Shown here: positions 25,560-39,900 of the stretch, in pieces
Layout: each line of letters begins with the position of its first letter
How positions within the stretch are numbered: position 1 is the stretch's first letter
Assembly: GCF_963921235.1 (NCBI RefSeq)
Contig: NC_086097.1
Coordinates: 16,368,001-16,432,000 of the forward strand
From: Mobula hypostoma
Taxonomy: Eukaryota
Length of the DNA: 64,000 bases
Reading direction: 5' to 3'
Program-made: the position numbers and the translations under genes
The notes under the pieces: generated by a model
Database searches by the model: none
What the model saw: only the letters and a program-made list of their open reading frames with translations
Told to the model about the DNA's origin: nothing

Positions 25560-26499
25560 AAGCAACACACATAAAAGTTGCTGGTGAATGCAGCAGGCCA
25601 GGCAGCATCTCTAGGAAGAGGTGCAGTCGACGTTTCAGGCCGAGACCCTTCGTCAGGACTAACTGAAGGAAGAGTGAGTAAGGGATTCGAAAGTTGGAGG
25701 GGGAGGGGGAGATCCAAAATGATAGGAGAAGACAGGAGGGGGAGGGATGGAGCCAAGAGCTGGACAGGTGATAGGCAAAAGGGATACGAAAGGATCATGG
25801 GACAGGAGGTCCGGGAAGAAAGACAAGGGGGGGGGGACCCAGAGGATGGGCATGGGGTATATTCAGAGGGACAGAGGGAGAAAAAGGAGAGTGAGAGAAA
25901 GAATGTGTGTATAAAAATAAGTAACAGATGGGGTACGAGGGGGAGGTGGGGCATTAGCGGAAGCTGGAGAAGTCGATGTCCATGCCATCAGGTTGGAGGC
26001 TACCCAGACGGAATATAAGGTGTTGTTCCTCCAACCTGAGTGTGGCTTCATCTTTACAGTAGAGGAGGCTGTGGATAGACATGTCAGAATGGGAATGGGA
26101 CACGGAATTAAAATGTGTGGCCACTGGGAGATCCTGCTTTCTCTGGCGGACAGAGCATAGATGTTCAGCAAAGCGGTCTCCCAGTCTGCGTCGGGTCTCG
26201 CCAATATATAAAAGGCCACATCGGGAGCACCGGACGCAGTATATCACCCCAGCCAACTCACAGGTGAAGTGTTGCCTCACCTGGAAGGACTGTTTGGGGC
26301 CCTGAATGGTGGTAAGGGAGGAAGTGTAAGGGCATGTGTAGCACTTGTTCCGCTTACACGGATAAGTGCCAGGAGGGAGATCAGTGGGGAGGGATGGGGG
26401 GGACGAATGGACAAGGGAGTTGCGTAGGGAGCGATCTCTGTGGAATGCAGAGAGGGGGGGGGAGGGAAAGATGTGATAGGGAGCGATCCCTGCGGAATG
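25560..26499 (-). mobile_element. Penelope-like retroelement, 3' part: GIY-YIG endonuclease plus terminal repeat
   Basis: ORF 25954-26523(-) contains CKRNKCYTCP...FTCELAGVIYCVRCSRCGLLYIGETRRRLGDRFAEHL, a PLE-type GIY-YIG domain. It is followed by a pyrimidine-rich UTR and the terminal repeat seen many times in this window. Flanked by duplicated tttatttttc (25550-25559, 26500-26509). Confidence 0.88.
25624..25661 (-). ncRNA. Minimal type I hammerhead ribozyme in the PLE terminal repeat
   Basis: Minus strand reads UAGUC-CUGACGA-AGG GUCUCGG CCU-GAAA-CG-UC^GACUG. This gives stem I (AGUC/GACU), the CUGANGA box, stem II, GAAA, a palindromic ACGU mini stem III and a GUC cleavage triplet. Same strand as the PLE ORF. 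Confidence 0.8.
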
Positions 26500-29400
26500 T
26501 TTATTTTTCCTACATTTACACACTTAGTCCAGTGGTCGTGGAGCATACGTATCTCTTCTTTGTAGAAGTCGGCGTCTTGGACCTCCAGAAAATGGTCCAC
26601 AGCAGGGGTGATTAATAAGTTCGTGGCCTAAGGTAGGAGATGAGTTGCTAACTCAAACTTTCTGCATTTTCACTCAAGGAGTTGAACTGCATGTGCATAT
26701 AATGAGAGCTGTATAACTCATCTCCTTCTACCTTAGGCCACAAACTTATCAATCACCCCTGCTGTGGACCACCTGGAGGTCCTAAGTGCTCTCGTTACAT
26801 GCACGTGCAGTTCAACTTTTTGAGTGATAATGCAGAAGGTTTGAAGTTAATAACTCGTCTCCTTCTCCTTTAGGCCACAAACTTATCAATCACCCTTGCT
26901 GTGGACCACTTCTACAAAGAAGGGATCTGTATGCTTCACAACCACTGGACTAAGCGTGTACATGTAGGAGGGGACTATGTTGAAAAATAAATGTGCTAGG
27001 TTTTCTAAAATTGACTCCTTCTACCATAGGCCACGTACTTATCAATCACCCCTCATAGAACCAATAAGAAGTTATACATAAACGAAGACTGACAAACATC
27101 CAATGTGCAAAGGAAGACAAATTGTGCAACTATAAAACATAAATAGTAAACATGTAACACTGAGAACCTGAGTTGTAGAGTCCTTGAAGTCCACAGGTTG
27201 TGGAGTCAGTTCAGAGTTCAGGAGAGTGAGGTTGTCCACATTGGTTCAGCAGCCTGATGAATGAAGGGTAATAACTGTTCCTCAGACTGGTGGTGTGGGA
27301 CCTCAGGCTCCTCTTACCCTCTGGTAAGAGAGCATGGCCTGGATGATGAGGGCCCCCGATGATGGATGTGCTTTCTTGTGGCAGGGCTCCTTATAAATGC
27401 GTTCAATGGTCGGAGGGCTTTGCCTGGGATGAACTGGGTTGTATCCATCACTTCCTATAGCCTTTTCCATTCTTGGGCATTGGGGTTTCCATTACAAGCC
27501 TTGATCCAACCAGTCAAGATGCTCTCCACTGTGCATCTATAGAAGTTTGTTAAAGTTTTAGATGACACACCGAACCTATGCAAACTTCTAAGAAACCAGA
27601 GGCGCCGTTGTGTCTTCTTTGTGATGGCACTTATGTGCTGCTTTTTCTCCGCCACAGGGTGCTGTCAGACCTGTTGAGCTCCTCCAGCATTTTGTGTGTG
27701 TTGCTCAAGTTTTAAAGCATCTGCAGAAACTCTCGTTTTTAAGTGGGTGACAGTCTGAGTTCATATATGGATTCTTCAAAAGTGTTTTGGATCCCGCATG
27801 ATCCTATAATGATTACCTCAAAAATCTCTAATGAGTTAATTAAATTTTAATGTGTAGCCAGGATAATGGTCACCAGTGTGAAGATGATGGATTGTGTGAG
27901 AGGTGCTGAGTAACGGATACAGAGAGTTGGGCGGCATTTACATTAAAAAAGACTCTGAAAGAGGAATGGAGGATTCCATTTATAAATGGAGGCAACACCC
28001 CCTTCAAGATATTTCAAAATGCTTTAAGGTCAATTAAATAGCTTTAAGTGTTGTAATGTTGGTAACACTGTCAATTTGTACACAAAAGCTGTGATAAACA
28101 ACATTGTGACAATTACTAAAAATGTACTGTATTGCGCAGTCAGTTGAAGGATAATTATCAGCAGGACCCTGGAGATAAACTTCTCCAGCCTCCTTCAGCA
28201 TAAGGCCATGAAACCTGTTCTGTTCACCAGGTCACCAGAGGGGGAAGATGGATTTTGGGTTGAATATTTCATTTGAAAGACAGTGCAGCATTTCTTCAGT
28301 GATGACTTGTGGTAAGAATGCACAAAGCTTATGAGCAGCAGCTGAGGTTTAACTCGACAGAAAAAAATGAATGCACCAGGTGTGTGTGTGTGAAACTACA
28401 CAAACTGAGCTGAGAGCAATTTCACTTTCTGTGTGTCTGTATTCTGTAATGCAGGAATATTCTAAAACTAGTGATTAAATTCCTTTCCTAGAGTTCTGTT
28501 TGAACTGTTTCATCATTCCCAATGGATTATCAAGTCAGGTGCAGTAAACCCCAATGTAGCCTCTTCTGGTGAGATGACCCATTCCACTTGTGCTGTCCTT
28601 GCAGTAAATATGGTCCAACTGTGTAATGTACTTCACAGATCATTCATTGACAACAATGCATTAGCCAACAGGTTGGAGGAGGGGTGGGATGAGTGACTCA
28701 CTGGAAACAGTACAAAGAACTACAGGAAATAAAACTTACTCAAAGAGCAAACTTTGAAGTACAGTATGAGTAGAAATTTACAGTAATTCTGTCAACAAAA
28801 GCAGAGTAACTTTTGACAAAAACCACAGTGGGTAGACGGTGACTGCATTCAAGTTATGTGCTCAAAATTAATCTCTGTCAGTAATGGCAGCCTGGTCACC
28901 GAGCTGGTCTGACAGGGGAACTACTCAATCATCTCTACTTTTTTTATGTTTGCCACAATGGCTAAGTTCAGTGTAATAACATCTTTATATTTATTTATTT
29001 ATTGAGATTCCGCGTGGAATAGGCCCTCCCGGCCTTTCGAGCCACGCCGCCCAGCAATCCACAATTTAACCCTAGCCTAATCATGGGACAATATACAATG
29101 ACCAATTAACCTACGAACGGGTACATCTTTGGAATGTGGGAGGAAACCAGAGCACCAGGAGGAGACCCATGTGGTAACGGGGAGAACATACAAACTCAAC
29201 ACAGGCAGTGGTGGGAATTGAACCTTGGTCTCTGGTACACTACTGTACCGCTCCAAATAAAAAGAACACTAATAATTTAGTAATTAGACTAAGTAAGAGG
29301 CTATTTTTAGTTGGCGTGCCTCCCATCTTCTGGAGGGTAACGATAACAAGATAATTACAACAAAGGTTCCCATCGTGAACTAAAATCTACCCTTACATTA

Positions 29401-29579
29401 GTTCTAAGCTCTTCTCAACAGAATCATCTCACAGAAAATGACAGGGTCTGTTATTTTCTAACCTGTCATTATAAAGTACACTTGAGAGTGTGCCTGAAAT
29501 ATACTCGACTCACTTTCAGAGGAGATTAAGTCTCGTGCTTTAAGTCCACATTCATAAAACCCATCTCCATCCATACATA

Positions 29580-30953
29580 CACTCAGTAGCTACTTTATTA
29601 GGTATACCTGCTTGTTAATGCAAATATCTAATCAGCCAATCATATGGTGGCAACTCGATACATGAAAGCATGCAGACATGGTCAAGAGATTCAGTTGTTC
29701 TTCAGAGCAAACATCAGAAAAAGAGGAGGAGCTTAGGAGGATTAATGGCTCCTAATGGCAACTCCTTTGCTTGTGTCTTTGGAAACAGCTCTACTTCCAT
29801 CTTTAATATCTCTATTTTTCCCTTTCACGGTTCTTTTGAAGATCCTGACCTGGAGTTACACACTGATTACGGTTCTTTGCGGGAATGAGACCCGCTCTCG
29901 GGGTTTCACGCCTGGCCGTTATTCAGCACGCCAAGTGCTCAGCTCGTCTTCGGAGGGCTGAGATTTCGTGGCTCTGGAGACGGGGGGGGGGTGGTGCGGT
30001 GGGAATCAAAGGTTGGTGTCACGGCAGGAGATTGGTGTGTTGTGGGAGATGGAAGATCTAAGGCTGCATGCCCGGAGACCTGAGATCTTTGGGCACAGAG
30101 CTCGGAAAAAGCGACGCAACGGACTTTTAACATTGTAAACCAGAGAAAAGTTTGTTATGTCTCCCCTCTTGCTGTAAAACAGAGACACCCTTTTCTCCCT
30201 TATTAGGGAGAGAGAGAGAGCTTGTGGTATGTCGAATGCCGGGTGAACAAGTAGTCTTTGGAGTACTGCAAGTCTGTGTCTTTGCTGTTGCTTTGCTCAC
30301 GCTTGAGTGCTCGGTGGCGGGTGCCGATGCTTTTATTTTTTCCGGTGGGGGGAGGAAGGATTGTTGCTTGCTGCCGCTTATGCGTGGGAGGGAGGGGAGC
30401 TGGGGGGGGGGACTTCGGGGTTCTAACATTTAACTGTCATTCATTCTTTGGGGGCACTCCTCCGTTTTCGTGTGAAGAAAAAGCATTTCAGCATGTATAT
30501 TGTATACATTTCCCTAACATTAAATGTGCCTTTGAAACCTTTTAATGGGGAAGAAATGTGACTTTGACTGTGGAATGATTGTTGGTGCCAGATGGGGTGT
30601 TTTGAATATCTCAAAAACTTCTGATCTCCTGGGATTTTCACATACAACAATCTCCAGATATTACAGAGAATGGTGTGAAAAATGAAGAAAAAATTCCAGT
30701 TAGCAGTAGTTCTGGGGGTGAAAATGTCTTGTTAATGAGAGAGGTCAGAGGAGAATGGCCAGACTGGTTCAAACTGACAAGAGGGTGACATTAACTCAAA
30801 TAACCACAACAGTGGTGTGTAGCAGAGCATCTCCGAATGCACAATGCGTCAAACCTTGAAATGGATGGGCTACACCAGCAGAAAACCATGAAAGTACACT
30901 CAGTGACCACTTTATTAGGTACAGGAGGTATCTAATGAAGTGGCTACTGAGTG
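29580..30953. mobile_element. Tc1-like non-autonomous element with an ~0.8 kb nested insertion (~29720-30545)
   Basis: TA-flanked TIRs cactcagtagctactttattaggta and tatctaatgaagtggctactgagtg. An extra left-TIR copy sits at 30897-30922. Confidence 0.75.
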
Positions 30954-31389
30954 TATATTCTAGAATATTCTATATAAAGATTCTGAATGAATAGTATCTC
31001 CAGACCACAGCAAGATTCTGCTGCAGACTCTCAGTCTGGACACTCCAATTCTGTAAGTCTAAAAGATGGCTTTTGCTGGTGCATTAGAACTGGAATATTC
31101 TGGCCTTTTTTAATTACACCTATCAAGTGTGTTGAGGATATCAATCGTTTCAGGCAAGAAGGGAGCATAGATGGAAATTCAGGTGACAACAGGAGGGAAT
31201 TGCAAGCAATTCAGGTTTTTTTTTTAAAAATATAGATGCGTCTTCTAGTTTTTAGTCAGTCTTAGTAAGAGACTTAAATTCACATTATAAAGCTGCACAT
31301 AAAAAACTCAAGTTGATGTTTCAATCAAAATGCATATGTCAAGTTATTTATACTTTATTTATTTATTTATTTTTATTTATTGAAATGTG

Positions 31390-31640
31390 GTGCAGAACAG
31401 GTCCTTCCAGCTCTTTGAGGCACGCCACCCAGCAACCCCCCGATTTAACCGTAGCCTAATCACGGGACAGTTTACAATGACTAATTAACCTACAAACTGG
31501 TACGCCTTTGGACTTCGGGAAGAAACTGGAACACCCGAAGGAAACACACATGGTCACGCGGAGAACGTACAAACTCCTTACAGAGAGTGGTGGGAATTGA
31601 ACCAAGGTCGCCTGTACTGTAAAGCTTTGTGCTAACCACA
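31390..31640 (-). mobile_element. HE1-like V-SINE (other copies ~510-690, 29010-29240, 43670-43810, 48470-48720)
   Basis: On the minus strand, gtaaggagtttgtacgttctccgcgtgaccatgtgtgtttcc...gtaggttaattagtcattgtaaa, which recurs across the window. Confidence 0.7.
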
Positions 31641-31859
31641 ACAAATATGGCAAGAACAGCGCATCAAACATTTCACAGCGATCACACCCAAATGAGACAA
31701 AACAAATGAAAAACATAATTTCCAACAGAACCAAGTTTCTTGGGCTAGACTAATAAAGTTCCAGGATTGCATTTGAATGTGAGAAAGATGCATACAACCA
31801 GTAATGATGCATTATTGAGATATTGGGTGTTACATAAAATCTTCTAACACCCTTAGTAA

Positions 31860-32164
31860 TGGCATCTGTTAGTCTTGCGAGACCATGGATCTGCGGCTGG
31901 AAAGTCTTCACTCTTCAGGGCGTGGGCCTGGGCAAGGTTGTATGGAAGACCGGCAGTTGCCCATGCTGCAAGTCTCCCCTATCCACGACACTGGTGTTGT
32001 CCAAGGGAAGGGCAAGGGCCGATACAGCTTGGCACCAGTGTCGTCGCAGAACAATGTGTGGTTAAGTGCCTTGCTCAAGGACACAACATGTTACTTTGGC
32101 TGGGGCTCGAACTCACGACCTTCAGGTCACTAGTCAAATGCCTTAACCACTTGTCCATGTGCCC
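31860..32164 (-). mobile_element. Second copy of the tRNA/RTE-tail SINE
   Basis: Reverse-complement match to 6775-7089. TSD acaccctta(g/a)taa (31847-31859, 32165-32177). Confidence 0.85.
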
Positions 32165-32464
32165 ACACCCTTAATAAGCCCAAGCATTATAAAGAGTTGA
32201 TTACTGTGCTGTGCCAATGGCTTTTAGGACTGCCTGGTAAAGGAAGCCATTGAAATAAATCTAGAGGAAAAGAATTTTAACAAAGACGAAGGTCTCGCTC
32301 TTTGTAAGAACTGGAATTTGATGTTACACAAGGTGGGAGAGCAGAAACCTGCTTAGATGGGGACTAACAAATCAGGAGGGATAGACTACGGGGGTAGAAT
32401 ATAAATGGTAAGACTTTTCCAGTGTGGAAGATCTGAGAGATCTTGGGGTTCGTGTCGGGCTTGA

Positions 32465-32590
32465 CATGCCAAGGCATCATCCCTGACGAAGATGGCAGAG
32501 TTTGTCATAAAAACTTTGGTTATAATCAATACTTGTACCTGGCTGGAAGCCTGAGAAGAATTTATTTGCCATATACGCTGGGAAAGCACT
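32465..32590 (+). mobile_element. Second-family PLE terminal repeat with a decayed hammerhead
   Basis: CTGACGA (32483), a long stem II (gatggcaga/tttgtcat) and a decayed GAAA box, followed by acctggctggaagcctgagaagaattt. Confidence 0.45.
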
Positions 32591-32594
32591 AGAT

Positions 32595-32790
32595 CCTTTT
32601 CTGATTGCTGCCTGTTACACTGCTGGCATTTAGGCAGCAGTGAGGGTCCTCCATCTCTGTCTGTCCTTGGCCATCTTCTCCATTGTGCCCCACATGTGGT
32701 TCAAGGTCCTCATTTCTGCCTCTATGGTATGGCACCAAGTTGTATTTGGTCTCCTGCGTTTCCTCCGCCCTTCGGGCATTACAGGACACT
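32595..32790 (-). mobile_element. RTE/RTE-X-like LINE 3' tip
   Basis: The minus strand encodes a basic C-terminal segment (...TTWCHTIEAEMRTLNHMWGTMEKMAKDRQRWRTLTAA) typical of RTE-type ORF ends. Confidence 0.5.
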
Positions 32791-33140
32791 CAAGAACATG
32801 ATATGTTGATTTACCTGAAATGTTGTCTTCTGGTTTGACTCTTGAATTCTAGTAACATGAAGCAGAGTTATATGTGTCCCGAGTTTTGAAATAATACCTT
32901 CTAGACTGGGGGGGCGGGGCTGCAACTTGAGGTCCACAGACTCCTTGGTTAATGGTAGGGGTCCACGACAGAAAGAAGTTTGGCAACCCTGTTCTGGACT
33001 CTTTTACTTTTGGATGTGGGTGGGATGAAATCTTTGAAACAGGTATAAAAAAATTATAAATCATTGTCAGTAGATAGAAGGGTCATTTAATGCTCTCTTG
33101 TCAAATTGATTATGATCGAATAACCTTAACCAGTCTTCTG

Positions 33141-33248
33141 ATTCAGGAGGGATTAACACCTAATCACTTGAAAAAAGCCAAGCTGATGTTCTTCTATACT
33201 CGATACCCCAACTCTACCACACTGAAAACGTACTTCTCCGATGTTAAG
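33141..33248 (+). CDS. PROX2: PROX2-like coding exon 2 (start of homeodomain)
   Basis: Encodes [36 protein letters not shown], closely matching the PROX homeodomain. Donor is AAG|GTAAGG at 33249. The 5' boundary is 33141 (after TG) or 33147 (after AG); both are in frame. Confidence 0.93.
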
Positions 33249-33812
33249 GTAAGGAAAAATCTTCATGGCACTATCCAGTTAAGAACAATTGAGAAGAATG
33301 TAGCACATTTGAAAGAGACTTGTGTTTTAGAGATTTACATGATAAAGGACAGTGGGTTGGAGACAATGCGTTTTGGAGGAACATGTCTGTCTGTGTCATA
33401 TGTTGTGCTATGCATGAATCTCCAATATTTAGGTGTGTGGCAGCCTTTAGTTTGAAAGCCAAACATCTTTAAAGCTGGGATGACTTTGCTGGAAATATAC
33501 TGAGCCTCATTTGTTTCCAGTCTCAGTGAGTGACTGAACCACTCAAAGTTCCGATGAACCCTTAGTTTACTGGTGGCATCAGCTAATCCCTTTTCCTTCT
33601 GTGTGACTTGTCACCTTTTTGAAAGATGGTCACTTCATCTACAGCAGGACAAGTGGCAAGATCTCTGCTGGAGCACTCACATTGCTGGGCAAAACACACA
33701 ACGGGGATGGGCACGATGAGACAAATTCTCAGGTGCAGAAGGGTGATATCCCTAGCAAAGGGACAGAAGGGTAAGGGATGCAAGTGCTTGCAATACTGTG
33801 AATCATTTAGAA

Positions 33813-33874
33813 CAGGGATTCCCACCATTTTATGCCATGGACCCCTAACGAAGACCCCAGGTTGGGAACCCTTG
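33813..33874. mobile_element. Tiny hAT-type MITE (other copies ~32910-32991, 36675-36762, 45787-45866)
   Basis: TIRs of the caggg(g/a)ttcccaac / gttgggaacccctg type. The 8-bp TSD is atttagaa, with acttagaa reconstructed on the other side. Confidence 0.7.
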
Positions 33875-33879
33875 ACTTG

Positions 33880-35588
<1,709 letters not shown>

Positions 35589-36939
35589 TAGAACAATAAA
35601 GTTCTACACTAAATATTAGAAATGCTTGAAAAAAAAATCACATTATCGTTTTATTGTGGTCTCTTCCTTTTGACCTCCAGGCTGTTAGTGCGATCTCTGT
35701 TTTCCTGCATCACTGATTCTGGAGGTCAATGCCAGGCCATGTGTTAAACTCACTTCCCTTCCTCATCCCTGCTATTCAGTGTGAGAGAATCTTTGAGCAC
35801 AATGGGAGACTAATCTCGGGTGTCTGACTCAATTCCGTCATGGCTAATTAACATTACTGTTTCTTTGTGTAAAAAAAGAAGACTTTCATGGCTTTATTTT
35901 CAAAATGAATAGCTCACCTTGCATTCTCAAGTAATGAATTTTTAATAATTCATGCCTGGATAGTTGCAGGTAATTTCCCACTCTGGACAGCAGATGGTGC
36001 TGTTCTAGGATTTCTAGGTTGAAAATTCATGGTTTGCCATGCGGGCAAGCAGGGATCCATTACAACCCCTCCCAACATCTGCTTGCGTTCTGGGCCATTT
36101 AAATATTGTGGTAAAAGTACAATGGCACACCAACAGTGGGGCAGCTGCACTGTGCAAATATTAATTCTTTTATCTACACTGCTTTAGCACAATGGATCAG
36201 ACCTTTCATATTGCAGTAAGACTAGGTCATTCAACATTGTGTCACCTGTTGCTCTTCGTCTGTGCACCGCTAATTCACATTGGCTTCATATCCCAGAGAA
36301 GTTCTAGGACTTTGCCAAACAGGAGATGCTTTTTTCAACCGACCAACCGGCTCACATTTATGATTCTCTTGTGCTTTCCCATTAGACCATAGACATAGGA
36401 ACAAAATTATACCATTCGGTTCTTCGAATCTGTTCTGCCATTCCATCAGGGCTGAGTTATTATGGCCTACTCCCCCTAATCTTTGACGCCCTGACTAATA
36501 AAGGATCTATCAACCTCCACTTTAAATATATCCAATGACTTGGCCTCCATAGCTGTCTGTGATAATGAATTCCACAGATTCACTACTCTCTGGCTAATGA
36601 AATTGCTCCTCATCACTGTTCTCTGGCTAAAGAAATTCCTCATCATCTGTGTTCTAAATGGTCGTCTCCCTAAACAGGAGTTCCCAACATGGAGTCCAGG
36701 GACTTCCTCAGTTAATGGTCTTACCATTGGCCCATTAACCCAAAAATAGTTGGGAACCCCAGCTGTAAAGGATGGCCATTTTCCCGCTAATCCTATCAGC
36801 ATAATTTTTTGTCAAGCGTAATATACAAACTTGTAATCATCTAGCTCCACTCACATCTTCTTCATTAACACAAATTAAGCCAATTTGAAATATTGACATT
36901 GCTAGTGGTGTTGCGGCAAATATGTGAATAGAAACACGG

Positions 36940-39900
36940 CATGACTGCGCAAGCGCATGGACATCAACTAGTTAGATCGGCGGGAAGAGTTTAAAAAGAA
37001 GACAGCTTTATAGAGCGGGCGTCAAAGTAGGAGGGCTTTGGCTCAACGGGGCTTTGACGATAATGAGTCGAGGTGAGGTAGGTTACTTGTGAAGAATAGG
37101 AATAGGAAGTATGTCTGTGAGGCCGGTGTTCTGTACTGGGTATCAGATGTGGGATGTTCAGGAGATTCCCAGCCTCCCGGACGGCCACATCTGTGCCAGG
37201 TGTGTCAAGCTGCAGCTCCTTAGGGACCGGGTTAGGGAACTGGAGATGCAGCTCAATGATCTTCATCTGGTCAGGGAGAGTGAGGAGGTGATAGAGAGGA
37301 GCTATAGGCAAGTAGTCACACCGGGGCCTTGGGAGACAGATAAATGGGTAACAGTCAGGAGGGGGAAGGTGAAGGGTCAGATACTAGAGAGTACCCCTGT
37401 GGCTGTCCCCCCTTAACAACAAGCACTCCTGTTTGAGTACTGTTGGGAGGGAATGACCTACTTGGGGGAAGCAACAATGGCCGTGCCTCTGGCACAGAGT
37501 CTGGCCCTGTGGCTCAGAAGGGCAGGGAAAGGAAGAAGGCAGCAGTGATAGGGGGCTCTATAGTTAGGGGTCAGACAGGTGATTCTGTGGACGCAGGAAA
37601 GAAACGTGGATGGTAGTTTGCCTCCCAGGTGCCAGGGTCCAGGATGTTCTGATTACATCCATGATATTCTGAAGTGGGCAGGTGAACAGCCAGAGGTCGT
37701 GGTACATGTTGGTACCAATTACATAGGTAGGAAAAGGGAGGAGGTCCTGCAAACAGGGAATTAGGAAGGAAATTGAGAAGCAGGACTTCAAAGGTAGTAA
37801 TCTTGGGATTACTGCCTGTGCCACACGGCAGTGAGTATAGGAATAGAGTGAGGTAGAGGATAAATGTGTGACTGAGGGATTGGAGCAGGGAACAGGGATT
37901 CAATGGGACCTCTTCTGGGGCAGGCGTGACCGGGACAAAAAGGACGGGTTGCATTTGAATCTGAGGGGGACCAATATCCTGGCAGGGAGGTTTGCTAAGG
38001 CTTGGGGAGAGTTTAGATTAGAATTGCTGGGGGTTGGGAGCCAAACTGAACAGACGGAGGAAGAGGCAGTTGGCTCACAAATAGAGAAAGCTTGGAGACA
38101 GTGCGAGAGGGAGGATAGGCAGGTGATAGAGAAGGGATGTACTCAGACCGATGGTTTGAGATGTGTCTATTTTAATGCAAAGAGTATCATGAACAAAACA
38201 GATGAGTTTAGAGCGTGGATCAATACTTGGAACTATAATGTTGTGGCCATTACAGAGACTTGGATGGCTCAGGGACAGGAATGGTTACTTCAAGTGTCAG
38301 GCTTTAGATGTTTCAGAAGGGACACGGAGGGAGGTAAAAGAGGTGGGGATGTGGCACTACTGATCAGAGATAGTGTCACAACTGCAGAGAAGGAGGAAGT
38401 CATGGAGTGATTGTCTACGGAGTCCCTGTGTGTGGAAGTTAGGAATAGGAAGGGATCAATAACTCTACCGGGGTTTTTTTTATAGATCACCCAATAGTAA
38501 CAGGGACATCGAGGAACAGATGGTGAGTCAGATTCTGGAAAGGTGTAATAATAACAGGGTTATCGTGGTGGGAGATTTTAATTTCCCAAATATCATAGAA
38601 ACATAGAAAACCCACAGCACAATATAGGCTCTTCGGCCCACAAAGCTGTGCTGAACATGTCCTTACCTTAGAACTACCTAGGCTTACCCATAGCCCTCTA
38701 TTTTTCTAAGCTCCATGTACCTATCCAGGAGTCTCTTAAAAGACCCTATCGTTTCCACCTCCACCACCGCCGCCGGCAGCCCATTCCATGCACTCACCAC
38801 TCTCTGCGTAAAAAAACTTACCCCTGGCATCTCCTCTGTACCTACTTCGAAGCACCTTAAAACTATACCCTCTCGTGCTAGCCATTCCAGCCCCGGGAAA
38901 AAGCCTCTGACTATCCACATGATCAATGCCTCTCATTATCTTGTACACCTCTATCAGGTCACCTCTCATCCTCCATCGCTCCAAGGAGAAAAGGCCAAGT
39001 TCACTCAACCTGTTTTCATAATACATGCTCCTCAGTCCAGGCAACATCCTTGTGAATCTCCTCTGCACCCTTTCTAAGGTTTCCACATCCTTCCTGTAGT
39101 AAGACGACCAGAATTGAGCACAGTACTCCAAGTGGGTTCTGACCAGGATCCTATATAGCTGCAACATTACCTCTTGGCTCTTAAATTCAAACCCACGGTT
39201 GATAAAAGCCAATGCACCATATGCCTTCTTAAGTACAGGGTCAACCCGCGAAGCAGCTATGAGTGTTGATTGGCATTTCCCTAGAACAAGGGGTTTAGAT
39301 GGGTTGGAGTTTTTTAGGTGTGTTCAGGAGGGTTTCTTGACACAATATGTAAAAAAGCCTACAAGAGGAGAGGCTGTACTTGATCTAGTATTGGGAAATG
39401 AACCTGGTCAAGTGTCAGATCTTTCAGTGGGGGAGCATTTTGGAGATAGTGATCACAATTCTATTTCCTTTACCATAGCATCAGAAAGGGATAGGAACAG
39501 ACAAGTTAGGAAAGCGTTTAATTGGAGTAAGGGGAAATCTGAAGCTATCAGGCAGGAACTTGGAAGCATAAATTGGGAACAGATGTTCTCAGGGAATTGT
39601 ATGGCAGAAATGTGGCAAATGTTCAGGGGATATTTGCGTGGTGTTCTGCAAAGGTACATTCCAATGAGACAGTGGAAGGATAGTAGGATACAGGAACCGT
39701 GGTGTACAAAGCCTGTTGAAAATCTAGTCAAGAAGAAAAGAAAAACTTGCGAAAGCTTCAAAAAACTACGTGATGATAGAGATCTATAAGGCTAGCAGGA
39801 AGGAGCTTAAGAATGAAATTAGGAGAGCCAGAAGGAGCCATGAGAAGGCCTTGGCAAGCAGGATTAAAGAAAATCCCAAGGCATTCTACAAGTATGTGAA

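Larger units (their letters stand above)
25486..27055. mobile_element. Mariner-derived fold-back element with internal TIR copies, interrupted by the PLE
   Basis: TA-flanked TIRs aggggtgattgataagt..gtggcctaagg. Mariner transposase C-terminus (DADFYKEEIRMLHDHWTKCVNVG; GDYVEK* in the right arm) is present in both orientations. Confidence 0.8.
18925..33140 (+). other. U12-type (minor spliceosome) intron, ~14.2 kb
   Basis: 5' splice site GTATCCTTT (18925-18933) matches the U12 consensus RTATCCTTT. Branch site CCTTAAC (33124-33130) lies immediately upstream of the next exon. prospero/PROX genes are known to have a U12 intron at the start of the homeodomain. Confidence 0.92.

Noticed and set aside
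33090..33455. 121-aa ORF as an independent gene
   Set aside because: Only 33141-33248 matches PROX; the rest is intron beyond the GTAAGG donor.
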